In this document: positions 8,467 through 18,627 of the stretch, one piece after another
Numbering within the stretch: position 1 is the stretch's first letter
How the letters are laid out: each line of letters begins with the position of its first letter
NCBI GenBank assembly: GCA_043809315.1
Contig: JAZDDX010000016.1
Coordinates: 1-64,000, forward strand
Reading direction: 5' to 3'
DNA length: 64,000 bases
Source: Pseudomonadota bacterium
GTDB lineage: Bacteria; Bdellovibrionota_G; JALEGL01; DATDPG01
Translations under genes and position numbers: made by a program
The notes under the pieces: model-generated
Told to the model about the DNA's origin: nothing
The model's input: only the letters and a program-made list of their open reading frames with translations
Databases searched by the model: none

Positions 8467-9465
8467 GTGAACGTCGCCCAGGGGAAATACGCTGTCATCC
8501 GGGAGATGCTCAAGGCGAGCAAGGTCGCGGGAGGGTTCGACGTTCCCCGCGCCGACGCTTTCTTACGACAGGTCCCGATCACCGACCGGATCCTCTTCGC
8601 CGGCGAGGGGAGCAGCCGGATCTTCCCCGGCAAGCACGCGATCCTCCGCGCCTTGCGTTTAGGCCTTTCGCAACGATTTCACACCTCCACCTGTTACGAA
8701 GCGGCCGAACTCGATCTCAAAGGATGGACCGTCTTCGGCGCCAGCAACTCCGGCAGGACCAAAGAGCTCATATTTTTGTTCGAGAAATTGAAAACCGAAG
8801 GGATCCCGACCGTCGGGATTACCGCGGCGGAGAACACGCCGCTGGAAAAAGTGGCAGACCGAACATTCATCCTTTCCTGCGGCTCGGAAAAAGCGGTCTC
8901 CGCCAGCAAAGTAGTGATCGAGCAGGCGCTCTTCCTCGACCAGGTCGTTCACCGGATCGCCGGACGGACCATCGCCCCTCACCTTCCCCAACTCGGCCGG
9001 GACGCGGAACGGGTGCTCTCTGCCGACATCGCGCCGGAAATCGTCGAAGCGGGGGCAAAGGCGAAGCGGATTTTCATCGCGGGCCGGAACGACGGCGCGG
9101 CGGAAGAACTGACGATCAAGGCGGTCGAGATGACCCGCAAGCTCTCGGTCTTCCTCGAGGGGACGATGGCGCTGCACGGGGTCGAAGAGGTGATGGAGAA
9201 GGAGGATCTTCTCCTCGTTCTCGACCCGTTCGAACGGGAGGAGGAGCGGTTCGACCGCCTGTTGCGACGGAACCTCGGCGTCGAAATCGTCGCGATCAGC
9301 GATCGGAAGACCCTCTTTCCGACCGTCTCAATCCCCCATTCCGAATTCTTCGGAAGCTATCTTCAGTTGATGGCCGCCTGGAACTTTCTGGTCCATATTG
9401 GTCTTGCCTTGGAAAACGATCTCGACAAACCGGCGCGGGCCCGGAAGATCGGAAATGAAGCCTGA
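8467..9465 (+). CDS. SIS-domain sugar isomerase (GlmS C-terminal / NagB-II-like)
   Basis: GEGSS, ASNSGRTKE, two SIS repeats, C-terminal DKPARARK resembling GlmS D-x-PRNLAK. Confidence 0.8.
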   Translation: MNVAQGKYAVIREMLKASKVAGGFDVPRADAFLRQVPITDRILFAGEGSSRIFPGKHAILRALRLGLSQRFHTSTCYEAAELDLKGWTVFGASNSGRTKELIFLFEKLKTEGIPTVGITAAENTPLEKVADRTFILSCGSEKAVSASKVVIEQALFLDQVVHRIAGRTIAPHLPQLGRDAERVLSADIAPEIVEAGAKAKRIFIAGRNDGAAEELTIKAVEMTRKLSVFLEGTMALHGVEEVMEKEDLLLVLDPFEREEERFDRLLRRNLGVEIVAISDRKTLFPTVSIPHSEFFGSYLQLMAAWNFLVHIGLALENDLDKPARARKIGNEA

Positions 9466-10867
9466 GCCGCTCCGCCTCGTACCTCCCAAGCACGTTCCCC
9501 CTCTGGAACCGGGGTTTCGCCCCGCCGTCCTTGCCCACCGCGATTTCTTGAAACGGGTCGAGCAGGAACATTCGGAGGAACAGCTCGTGATCGGGCTGGA
9601 ACGGGCCGGAGGGCAGGTCTCCCGCTTCACGACGAAGCTCCTTCCGCCGACGGCGGAAAACGGGGAGGCGAACTCCTATTTCGCCGACCGCCTGGTCAAG
9701 TTCCTCCTCTGGCAACGGGGGGCTTGGAAGATCTACGTCGGAGGGCCGAAAGGGCTCGGGCAGCAGCTCCAACGGAACTATCGGAAAGGGGGAGACCGCG
9801 AGTTCGATGCTCATCTGATGGGGCGTCTCGTTTACGAAAGACCGTTCATCGTCGTTTCGTGCACCCCCTCCGAAGTCCCGGCGGAGAAGGAGGAACGGCA
9901 GACGATCGGCGGTCATGTGGAGGGTTGCCGTGTCGGGTTTGATCTCGGCGCGTCGGACCGGAAGGTCGCCGCCGTCCAAAACGGGAAGGTCGTTTTCACC
10001 GAAGAGGTCCCCTGGGAACCGCGGAAGCAATCCGATCCCCAATATCACTATCACCAGATCAAGAACGCGATCGAGAAGGCCGCTTCCAAGATGCCGCGGC
10101 TCGACGCGATCGGCGGAAGCACCGCCGGGATCATCGTCGACAACCGTCCGATGGTCGCGAGCCTGTTCCGCGCCGTCCCCCCCAAAAAAATCCATCTCGT
10201 CAAAGGGCTTTTCCGTCGGATCGGAAGGGAACTGGGGGTTCCGATCGTCGTGTTGAACGACGGGGAGGTGACCGCGCTGGCCGGAGCGATGTCGCTCCGG
10301 GCTCACAGCATCCTCGGAATCTCCATGGGATCGAGCCTGGGAACCGGCTATGTCGACGCGCAGGGGGGACTCACGAGCTGGGTGAACGAACTGGCATTCG
10401 CGCCATTGGATTGGAGCCCAAACGCACCGGTCGACGAGTGGTCGAGAGACAAGGGTTGCGGGATGTCCTACCTCTCTCAACAATGCGTCTTCCGCCTTGC
10501 GGCCAAGGTCGGCCTTGAGCCGGACTCCAAACTTTCCGACGCCGGAAAACTCCTCTACATCCAGGAACGGCTGGAGGTGGGGCACGCGGGGGCGGAAAAA
10601 ATCTGGAAGAGCATGGGGATCTGTCTCGGGTACGCGATCGCGCAGTACGCCTTCTTCTACTCCCTCCGAAACGTCTTGATCCTCGGGAGGTGCACGTCGG
10701 GGAAAGGGGGAAATCTCCTCCTCGCCGGGGCCCGTGCGGTGATCGAAGACGAGTTCCCCGACCTCGCGCCGACCGTCCATTTTGTCCTCCCGAACGAGAA
10801 GAAGAGAAGATTGGGTCAGTCGATGGCGGCGGCCAGCCTGCCTGAATTGGAAAGGAAGAAAGGATGA
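9455..10867 (+). CDS. ROK family sugar kinase with N-terminal extension
   Basis: GFDLGASD, NDGEVTALAG, ISMGSSLGTG, ELAF. Confidence 0.82.
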   Translation: MKPEPLRLVPPKHVPPLEPGFRPAVLAHRDFLKRVEQEHSEEQLVIGLERAGGQVSRFTTKLLPPTAENGEANSYFADRLVKFLLWQRGAWKIYVGGPKGLGQQLQRNYRKGGDREFDAHLMGRLVYERPFIVVSCTPSEVPAEKEERQTIGGHVEGCRVGFDLGASDRKVAAVQNGKVVFTEEVPWEPRKQSDPQYHYHQIKNAIEKAASKMPRLDAIGGSTAGIIVDNRPMVASLFRAVPPKKIHLVKGLFRRIGRELGVPIVVLNDGEVTALAGAMSLRAHSILGISMGSSLGTGYVDAQGGLTSWVNELAFAPLDWSPNAPVDEWSRDKGCGMSYLSQQCVFRLAAKVGLEPDSKLSDAGKLLYIQERLEVGHAGAEKIWKSMGICLGYAIAQYAFFYSLRNVLILGRCTSGKGGNLLLAGARAVIEDEFPDLAPTVHFVLPNEKKRRLGQSMAAASLPELERKKG

Positions 10868-11712
10868 AGTTCAAGAACCCGACTGCTGAAATATTCGTTC
10901 CGGACGGGATGTCGACCGAAGCGGCGCTCCGGCGGACCACGATCATGGGGATCTGCGCCCACCAAGACGACCTGGAAATCATCGCTTCCTCCGCCATCCT
11001 CGAGGCGTTCCAGAACGGAAAGGAATGGTTCTGCGGCGTCGTTCTGACCGACGGGCGGCGCTCTGCCCGGTCGGGTCCGTACGAGAAGGTTTCAGACGAT
11101 GAGATGCAGAAACTCCGGAAGAAAGAGCAGAAGAAGGCTGCGGTCATCGGCGAATACGGGAGTCTCGCCCTTCTCGACTACCCGAGCGACGAGGTGAAGA
11201 AGAATCGGAACCAGGCCCTGAGCGGCGAATTGATTCAGATCCTCGAACGGGCCAACCCGAAGGTCGTGTACACGCACAACCTGGCGGACAAACATGAGAC
11301 GCACGTGGCGACGGTGCTCAAGACGATCGAGGCGATCCGTCTTCTGCCGGTCAAGAAACGTCCGAAACGTCTGCTCGGATGCGAGGTCTGGCGCTCTCTC
11401 GACTGGCTCTGCGATCGCGACAAGGTGGTGCTCGATTCCTCGGCACACGAGAACCTCAAGGCTGCGCTCCTGGGGGTTTACGACTCCCAGATCACCGGGG
11501 GAAAACGGTACGACCTGGCGACGATCGGTCGGCAGCGGGCGAACGCCACCTACCACGATCCAACCGGGATCGACCGGTCAACGGCGCTTACCTTCGCGAT
11601 CGACCTGACGCCGCTCATCGAAGACGCGAAGAAAGAACCGTCCGAGTTCGTGAAAGAGAAAATCGATCGTTTTCGCGAGGAGGCGCTGCTCCTCCTCAAG
11701 AGCCTGAGCTGA
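10864..11712 (+). CDS. PIG-L/LmbE family deacetylase
   Basis: AHQDD, TDG, RKKEQKKAA, DKHETH metal motifs. Confidence 0.85.
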   Translation: MKFKNPTAEIFVPDGMSTEAALRRTTIMGICAHQDDLEIIASSAILEAFQNGKEWFCGVVLTDGRRSARSGPYEKVSDDEMQKLRKKEQKKAAVIGEYGSLALLDYPSDEVKKNRNQALSGELIQILERANPKVVYTHNLADKHETHVATVLKTIEAIRLLPVKKRPKRLLGCEVWRSLDWLCDRDKVVLDSSAHENLKAALLGVYDSQITGGKRYDLATIGRQRANATYHDPTGIDRSTALTFAIDLTPLIEDAKKEPSEFVKEKIDRFREEALLLLKSLS

Positions 11713-12793
11713 TCCGCTCGACGAGCCGGTCCAATTCGTCCGCCTGTTCGAGCAGCGACTGGACCAATTGGTACTGCGTCCGGCAACGCTCCAGGTTGTG
11801 TCCCGGCCGATGGATCCTGAAGTACCGGTCCCCGTCGAGGAAGTCGGTCAGGAACCGCGTCCCGATCATCAACGTAATCAGCTTCGCCCCGTGCACGAGA
11901 TGCTTCCGCTCCGTTTCGTTCAGAAACGATCCCGCCCCCGCGAGATACCCGGTCAGGAGCGCCTCGAACTTCGGGAGTTCCAGACGGATTTTCGAAAGAT
12001 CCCGTTCGTCCTCCGCCGCACCCGATCCGCTCGAACGCACGAGATCTCCGAAATCGTAAAGGGAGAAACCGGCCATCACGGTGTCGAGGTCGATCACGCA
12101 GATCCCCTCTCCGCTCTTCTCGTCGATCATGACGTTGTTGATCTTCGTGTCGTTATGCGTGATCCGGACCGGAAGAGCTCCGGCTTCCGCCAACTTCGGG
12201 ACGACGCCGAAGATAGCCGCATTTCGCCGGACGAACTCGATCTCTTTCTTCGCGTCCTTTGCGCGGCTGTGGGGATCGGAAGACACGATCCGCTCGAGGG
12301 CGGCGTATCGCGTCGGACCGTCGTGGAAACGAGGAATGATTTCGTGAAGCGGGGGAGCGGGAAGATCCCCGAGCGCCCGTTGAAACTCCCCGAACGCCTT
12401 CGCCGCCGCACGGGCGTGACCGAGATCCCGCACGAGGTCGTACGTCACGGCCCCGTCGATGAAGAGATAAACGCGCCATCCCTCGTTCTCGCCGTCCCGA
12501 TAAAGCAACGACCCCTCGCGCGTCCGGACCGGCGTCAAGACCCGGCGATCCGTGTCCGGACACTTCTCCGCCTCCAGCTTCCCGCGGATGTGCCTCGTCA
12601 CCCGGTCGATGTTCTCCATGAGGTGGTCGAGATCGCCGAAGATATGGCGATTGATCCGCTGAAGGAGGTACCGTCTCGTTCCGCAATCGACGGCGAACGT
12701 GTCGTGGATATGTCCGCTTCCGTAAGGAGCGCCGCTTCGGTACGGGTCTCGGGTGTCGAACTGCGAGATGACGCGCGAGAGATCCGCCGTCAT
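11696..12793 (-). CDS. APH-family phosphotransferase (N-acetylhexosamine 1-kinase NahK-like)
   Basis: GHIHDT, LQRIN, HNDTKINN, IDLDTV, YDFGD. Confidence 0.85.
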   Translation of the reverse strand: MTADLSRVISQFDTRDPYRSGAPYGSGHIHDTFAVDCGTRRYLLQRINRHIFGDLDHLMENIDRVTRHIRGKLEAEKCPDTDRRVLTPVRTREGSLLYRDGENEGWRVYLFIDGAVTYDLVRDLGHARAAAKAFGEFQRALGDLPAPPLHEIIPRFHDGPTRYAALERIVSSDPHSRAKDAKKEIEFVRRNAAIFGVVPKLAEAGALPVRITHNDTKINNVMIDEKSGEGICVIDLDTVMAGFSLYDFGDLVRSSGSGAAEDERDLSKIRLELPKFEALLTGYLAGAGSFLNETERKHLVHGAKLITLMIGTRFLTDFLDGDRYFRIHRPGHNLERCRTQYQLVQSLLEQADELDRLVERISSGS

Positions 12794-12796
12794 GGT

Positions 12797-13702
12797 TCAC
12801 CAAAGAGGAGTCGGATAGATCCCCCGGGCCGTCAGCTCCGCGATCTTCGTGACGGCCGCCTCCCGATCCTTCCGGTACGTAATCCCGAACCAGCATTCGT
12901 CGGACGAAAGGACCTTGACCCTCCCCTTCCCGGAGCGGATCAGCGAGCCGATCGCGTTCGGGACGTAGAACTCGGCCTTCGGATCGGTCCCTTGGCTCTT
13001 CAGAAACTCACCGAACAGGATCTTCAAGTGCGCGAAGACCCCGGGGTTGAGCCCCCAGAAGTTCATCGAGACCGTCTCGTCCCCGGTGAGAGGCTGTTTT
13101 CTCCCCGCTTCGTCCAAAAACCAGATCCCGTCCGTTCCCCGCTCGACGCGAAGGCGCTCGACGATCGATTCGAGCTCCCCCGCACCACTGACCCGACAGA
13201 TCCCCCGCGCCACCGACCCGTGCTCCGAAAGAGTCCGCTCCAAGCGGAATCCGACCATCGCGTACGTCTCGTCGTTCCGGGCCGCCGCCGAGGAGAGGTG
13301 GTCGGCCAGCAGGCGGAACGATCCGCGCCCGTAGAAATCGTCGGCGTTGATCACCGCGAACGGGGTCTCGACCTCGTCCTTCGCGGAGAGGACGGATTGC
13401 CCGGTCCCCCACGGCTTCTTCCGATCTGCCGGGATCGGGAACCTCCCGGTAAATCCGTTGAGTTCCTGGTAGACGAGGGCGACCGCGAGATGTTTGGCGT
13501 AGCGCGGAACGACCCGCGTCCGGAAGATCGTTTCGAGCTCGCGGCGGATGACGAAGACGACCTTGTCGAACCCGGCGCGGTGAGCGTCGAAGATCGCGTA
13601 GTCCATGATCGTCTCGCCGTTCGGACCGACGCCGTCGACCTGCTTCAAGTCGCCGTACCGACTCCCGACGCCGGCCGCCATCACGACCAACGTCAGGTTC
13701 AC
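12797..13702 (-). CDS. Sugar-phosphate nucleotidyltransferase
   Basis: MAAGVGSRYG, KPWGTG, INADDFYG, WFGITY; GTG start overlaps the upstream stop. Confidence 0.88.
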   Translation of the reverse strand: MNLTLVVMAAGVGSRYGDLKQVDGVGPNGETIMDYAIFDAHRAGFDKVVFVIRRELETIFRTRVVPRYAKHLAVALVYQELNGFTGRFPIPADRKKPWGTGQSVLSAKDEVETPFAVINADDFYGRGSFRLLADHLSSAAARNDETYAMVGFRLERTLSEHGSVARGICRVSGAGELESIVERLRVERGTDGIWFLDEAGRKQPLTGDETVSMNFWGLNPGVFAHLKILFGEFLKSQGTDPKAEFYVPNAIGSLIRSGKGRVKVLSSDECWFGITYRKDREAAVTKIAELTARGIYPTPLW

Positions 13703-14769
13703 GCGAGGCTCTCCCGGATCCGATCGAGAGCCCAGAGGAGATCTTTTTTCGTGATCGCCCCGAAATGCGCGAGGCGGAAGATCTTCCCTTCCAGCTTCCC
13801 CTGCCCTCCGGCGAGCCACAGCCCCTCCTTCGTCCGAAGCCCCTGGATCCACCCCTTCACGTCGAGCCCTTCCTGCGCGTGCGCGACGGTGATCCCGACG
13901 GTCGCCTCCTCGTCACGGTTGAACAGGTGAAGCCCCATCTCGCGGAGCGAGGCGCGGGCGAGGCGTTGAAGCTCGAGATGGCGGGCAAAGAGGGCGGGCT
14001 TCCCCTCCCGTTCGATCCTCGCGAGCGCGGCATCGAGCGCCACGATGTTCGAAATCGCGGGGGTAAAACCGGTCTGGTTCTTTTTCGCCGCCGCCACCTC
14101 GCGGGCCAACGAGAAATAGTAGCTCCCCCCCGGATCGAGCATCCGCTGAAGCGCGCGCCGGCTCAGCGCGACGACCGCCGCCCCCGGAGGGGACATGAAC
14201 GCCTTCTGCGAGGCTCCCACCAGGACGTCGATCCGGTCCCGTTCCATGTCGAGATCGTGAATCCCCAAAGCCGTGATGGCGTCGACCACGAAAAGGAGGT
14301 CGCCGCGCCCCCTAAGAGCGTGACCGATCTCGGCGATCGGATGATAGGCGCCGGTCGAAGTTTCGCATCCCTGGATCAGGATCCCCTTCGTCGACGGGGT
14401 CACGGTCCGAAGAACCGCTTCGACCGCCACCGCTCTTCCCCATTCGACCGCGATCGTCACGCTCTTCAGCCGGTAGTGGTCGGCCAGCTCCTTCCACCGC
14501 TCGCCGAACTTCCCCCCCACGACGACGACCACTTCGTCCCCCGGCGCGAACAGAGAGGCGACCGACGCTTCCATCCCCCCGCTCCCGCTCGAAGACAAAA
14601 GGGCGATCTCACCGTCACATCCGCAAAGCCATCCGACCCGGTCGCGAACTCTCCGGAGGATCTCCCCGAACTCGGACGAGCGATGGTGGATCATCGGACC
14701 GGCGAACGCCTCCCGCACCTCCACGGGAACCTCCGTCGGTCCCGGCGTGAACAGGCGAGGCGTCTTCAT
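13699..14769 (-). CDS. Class V aminotransferase (alanine-glyoxylate/serine-pyruvate type)
   Basis: LFTPGPT, HHRS, GKFGERW, ETSTG, VDAI, SQKAFMSPPG. Confidence 0.9.
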   Translation of the reverse strand: MKTPRLFTPGPTEVPVEVREAFAGPMIHHRSSEFGEILRRVRDRVGWLCGCDGEIALLSSSGSGGMEASVASLFAPGDEVVVVVGGKFGERWKELADHYRLKSVTIAVEWGRAVAVEAVLRTVTPSTKGILIQGCETSTGAYHPIAEIGHALRGRGDLLFVVDAITALGIHDLDMERDRIDVLVGASQKAFMSPPGAAVVALSRRALQRMLDPGGSYYFSLAREVAAAKKNQTGFTPAISNIVALDAALARIEREGKPALFARHLELQRLARASLREMGLHLFNRDEEATVGITVAHAQEGLDVKGWIQGLRTKEGLWLAGGQGKLEGKIFRLAHFGAITKKDLLWALDRIRESLA

Positions 14770-16553
14770 TCGAATCCCGCCAGCGCTTTCTCCAATGAGG
14801 CGATCAGGCGTTCGAGATGGCGGGTGTCCCTCTTCTCGATGAATCCCGCGGCGCCGTCCATCAACTTCTGGATTTGTTTCTTACGACCTTCCTCGAGCCC
14901 CGCCCCGCTCGCCTCAAACGCCTTCTTGAGGCGGTACAACAGAACCTCCGCCTTCTGCACCGACGCCTCGGTCTGCTCCCCCTCTTTGACGAGCAGCTCC
15001 TGACCTTCCGCGTGCTTGCGCATCTCCTCGATCTCGTCGTCGTCCAGGCCGCTCGTCATCGTCACGGTGATCGACTGCTGCTTCCGGGTATCGGTGTCGC
15101 GGGCGGTGACGTTCACGATCCCGTTGGCGTCGATGTGAAACGAGACCTCGATCTCCGCTTCCCCGGCGGGTGCTCTGCGAATCCCCTCCAGAACGAACTC
15201 CCCCAACATCTCGTTGTCGACGCAGACCGGGGCCTTCCCCTGGTACACGCGGATCCGGACGGTCGGCTGGTTATCGGAAACGGTCGTGAAGACCTTCTTC
15301 GCCGAGACCGGAACGGTCGTGTTGGCGTCGATCAGCTTCGTGAACGAGCCTCCGGCAGACTGGATCCCGAGCGGGAGGGGGGTGACGTCCAAGAGGAGCA
15401 TCTCCACGTCGGCCCCGGGGACGAGCGCCCTCCCCTGGATCGCCGCGCCGACCGCGACCGCTTCGTCCGGGTTGATCTGCCGGGAGGCGGAGCGGCCGAA
15501 GAAGTTCGAAACGGTGTCGGTCACCTTCGGCATGCGGGTCTGCCCGCCAACGAGGAGGACGTCGTCTAGATCGTCCTTGTCGATCCCCGCCTCTTTCATG
15601 CACTGTTTCGTGATCTCCAGCGTCCGTTCCACGAGTCCGGACGTCAGCCTCTCGAGCGTTTCCCGGTCGATTTTCATGGCGAGGTGAACCGGACCTTTTT
15701 CGGTCGTCGCGATGAACGGAAGGTTGATCTCCGCTTCCAGGAAATTCGAGAGATCGCACTTCGCTTTCTCACAGCCGTCCCGGAGACGCTGGAGCACCTG
15801 CCGGTCGTTCCGGATGTCGATCCGGTCGGATTCGAGGAATCGGTTCGCCACATGATCGATCAGGAGGTTGTCGAAGTCGTCCCCTCCGAGGAACGTGTCC
15901 CCCGAGGTTCCGAGAACTTTGAAAACCCCCTCGTTGATCTCGAGGAGAGAGATGTCGAACGTTCCCCCGCCGAGATCGTAGACGGCGACCTTCTTGTTGT
16001 TCTTCCGGTTGAATCCGTACGCGATGGCGGCGGCGGTCGGTTCATTGATGATCCGCAGGACGTTCAGCCCGGCGATTTTTCCGGCGACTTTCGTCGCCTG
16101 CCTCTGGCCGTCGTTGAAATAGGCCGGGACCGTGATCACGGCGTCGTTCACCTTTTCCTTGAGATGATGTTCCGCGACACGCTTCATCTCGGCCAACACG
16201 TACGACGAGATCTCCGGAAGCGAGATCGCCTTGTTCTGGCAGTGGAGACGGAGATCACCCTTGGGACCTTCGGAGATCTCGTAATGGTACAGCGATCGGG
16301 CGCGCGCCACCTCCGGCGCGTCGATCCTCCGTCCAATCAGGCGCTTGGCGCTCATGATCGTGTTCGCCGGGTTCGTGATCGCCTGCCGTTTGGCGATCTG
16401 GCCGACCAGCGTCTTCCCGTCCTCGAGAAGAGCGACCACCGACGGGGTCGTCCGATACCCCCCTTTGTTCGGGATCACGGTCGTCTGCCGCCCTTCCGTG
16501 ACCGCTACGCAGCAGTTCGTCGTTCCAAGATCGATGCCGATCACCCGACTCAC
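14766..16553 (-). CDS. dnaK: Hsp70/DnaK paralogue with shortened C-terminus
   Basis: [48 protein letters not shown]. Confidence 0.9.
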   Translation of the reverse strand: MSRVIGIDLGTTNCCVAVTEGRQTTVIPNKGGYRTTPSVVALLEDGKTLVGQIAKRQAITNPANTIMSAKRLIGRRIDAPEVARARSLYHYEISEGPKGDLRLHCQNKAISLPEISSYVLAEMKRVAEHHLKEKVNDAVITVPAYFNDGQRQATKVAGKIAGLNVLRIINEPTAAAIAYGFNRKNNKKVAVYDLGGGTFDISLLEINEGVFKVLGTSGDTFLGGDDFDNLLIDHVANRFLESDRIDIRNDRQVLQRLRDGCEKAKCDLSNFLEAEINLPFIATTEKGPVHLAMKIDRETLERLTSGLVERTLEITKQCMKEAGIDKDDLDDVLLVGGQTRMPKVTDTVSNFFGRSASRQINPDEAVAVGAAIQGRALVPGADVEMLLLDVTPLPLGIQSAGGSFTKLIDANTTVPVSAKKVFTTVSDNQPTVRIRVYQGKAPVCVDNEMLGEFVLEGIRRAPAGEAEIEVSFHIDANGIVNVTARDTDTRKQQSITVTMTSGLDDDEIEEMRKHAEGQELLVKEGEQTEASVQKAEVLLYRLKKAFEASGAGLEEGRKKQIQKLMDGAAGFIEKRDTRHLERLIASLEKALAGFE

Positions 16554-17710
16554 TTGTTCGATCCCTCCAGCTCCTTCAAGACCTTGCCGAGCGACTCCAT
16601 CGTTTCGTCGAGCCGTAAGGCCAGACGAAGTTCCCGGATCGCCCCCTTCTTATTCCCCATCTCCTTATATATGAGCCCCATCGCCCCGTGCACGCGCGGA
16701 TCGTTCGGGAAGAACTCGAGGGCGTGGACCCCCTTCTCCTTCGCCCGCTCGATCTTCCCTCTCTTTAGGTATAGCATTGTAAGCTCTCGATAACACTCTC
16801 TTTTCCTCGGATTCAACTCGTGAGCCTCTTCGAAGAGCGCAAGGGCCGCCGTTTCATCTCCGCGGAAAAGCCGATCCTCCGCCTCCGCGAAAAGTTCGTC
16901 GGCTTTCCTTCGATGGATATGGGGCCGGGTTCGCTCCCAGGCTTCGCGAAGTTCTTTGACGGTCGGATCGTAGTAGACCGCCATCTGGAAAAAGTTCGCC
17001 GCTTTGAGGAAGTTCCCCGCCTTCTCCTCGGTCTTCCCCATCTCGAAGTGTCTCTTCGCCGCCGCCATCCGGGAGAGCAGATCCCGAGGAGGCCCCTGAA
17101 CCTTCCCCGACGGCTTCGGCTTGGGTCCTTTCTCGAACGATTCGTCGTAGGCGCGTCGACGGTCCGGATCGGAAAGCTCGTCGTACGCCGAGGTGATCCG
17201 CTCGAACAGCGCCTCCAGTTTCTCTTTGTAATGACCGAGTTCCTGGCCGAAAAACCGATCGGGATGAAACTCTTTGACCAGCTCCAGGTACTTCTTCTTG
17301 ATCCATTCGAACGAAGAGGAACGCGGAACCCCCAGAACTTCGTAGTGCGTCTGGGTGACCATGTTCGTGTGACGGAGGCGGATGTCGTTCCTCTGGCTCC
17401 GTGGGATCTTGGAAAGTTCCGGACTACGCTCTTCCTCGTCCAGTTGATCGAGAATGCTTGACCCCTTGGCCCGTTTGGGGGCAACGGGGCGTCTTCCCTC
17501 CCCGACGCCGACGATTCCCGCTTCCGCGGCGCGATCGAGAAGATTCCAAACCCGGGCGGTATCGTACCCGAGCATCTGCCCGATCTCGGTCAACGTGTTT
17601 GTACCGTTCACACGGGAGAGGACGAACGCCTCCTCCGGTTCAAGCGCAGCCTTCTCCAGCCCCTCCAGGGTGAGGATCTGGGGAATCGCGTCGTCCGGAG
17701 GTCGGTTCAC
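16550..17710 (-). CDS. J-domain + TPR protein (DnaK co-chaperone)
   Basis: HYEVLGV..FHPD..AYDELSD J domain, then TPR-like helices. Confidence 0.85.
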   Translation of the reverse strand: MNRPPDDAIPQILTLEGLEKAALEPEEAFVLSRVNGTNTLTEIGQMLGYDTARVWNLLDRAAEAGIVGVGEGRRPVAPKRAKGSSILDQLDEEERSPELSKIPRSQRNDIRLRHTNMVTQTHYEVLGVPRSSSFEWIKKKYLELVKEFHPDRFFGQELGHYKEKLEALFERITSAYDELSDPDRRRAYDESFEKGPKPKPSGKVQGPPRDLLSRMAAAKRHFEMGKTEEKAGNFLKAANFFQMAVYYDPTVKELREAWERTRPHIHRRKADELFAEAEDRLFRGDETAALALFEEAHELNPRKRECYRELTMLYLKRGKIERAKEKGVHALEFFPNDPRVHGAMGLIYKEMGNKKGAIRELRLALRLDETMESLGKVLKELEGSNK

Positions 17711-18627
17711 GGTTTCACCACTCGATCGGCTCTCGGGTGCGAATCATGATACACCTGTTTGAGTTTCTCCAGCGTAACCCGCGTGTACCGTTCGGTGGTC
17801 GCCAGGTTGCTGTGCCCCAGGAGTTCCTGGATTGCACGAAGGTCGGCCCCCCGCTCTAACAAATGCGTCGCGAACGAATGCCGAAGAGCGTGCGGGGAAA
17901 GATGAACCCGCGTGGAAAGCCTCCGAAGATACCCGTCCAGAAGGTAAGTGACCCCCCGGGTCGTCAGGCGTCCCCGGCGGGCGTTCAAGAAGAGAGCGTC
18001 GGGGCCGATCGGGCGCTTGGCCAGATAGACCATCAGAGCCTCGGCCGCGTAGTCGCCGATCGGAACGATCCGCTCCTTGTTCCCCTTCCCCAAGACCCGC
18101 GCCTCCCTCTCGTCGAGATCGACGTCGGGGAGATCGAGCGCCACTAACTCGGCGACGCGCAGGCCGCAGCCATATAACATCTCCAGAATCGCACGGTCCC
18201 GAACTCCGGCGATTTTTTCCGCGTCCGGCAACGAGATCAGTTCGCGGATCAGGCTTTCGTCCGCCACGCGCGGCAGGCGCTTCGGAACCTTCGGGCCGGT
18301 AATGGTGACCGTCGGATCATCCGGACGGACTCCCGATTCCTTCAAAAAATGGAAGAAGGTCCGGAGAACCGCGATCTTCCGGGCGATGCTCGCCGCCTTC
18401 TTCCCCTTGTGAAGCGTCGACAGATACGTTCGGACATGGAAGCGGTCGATCGTCGCCGCATTCCCCGGGTCGATCTCCCGCGGCACGATCTTCCGCCCGG
18501 CCAGGAACCCTTCGAATTGGATCAGGTCGGAAAGATAGTTCCGAACCGTATGGGGGGAAAGACGCCGGACCGTTCGGAGTTGCTCGATGAACTCGAAAAC
18601 CAGCGACTTATGGTTGGACGTTTCCAT
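17707..18627 (-). CDS. xerC: Tyrosine recombinase XerC
   Basis: RDRAILE, GLRVAEL, GKGNKER, HALRHSFATHLL, LLGH..TTERY; topA-trmFO-xerC synteny. Confidence 0.9.
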   Translation of the reverse strand: METSNHKSLVFEFIEQLRTVRRLSPHTVRNYLSDLIQFEGFLAGRKIVPREIDPGNAATIDRFHVRTYLSTLHKGKKAASIARKIAVLRTFFHFLKESGVRPDDPTVTITGPKVPKRLPRVADESLIRELISLPDAEKIAGVRDRAILEMLYGCGLRVAELVALDLPDVDLDEREARVLGKGNKERIVPIGDYAAEALMVYLAKRPIGPDALFLNARRGRLTTRGVTYLLDGYLRRLSTRVHLSPHALRHSFATHLLERGADLRAIQELLGHSNLATTERYTRVTLEKLKQVYHDSHPRADRVVKP

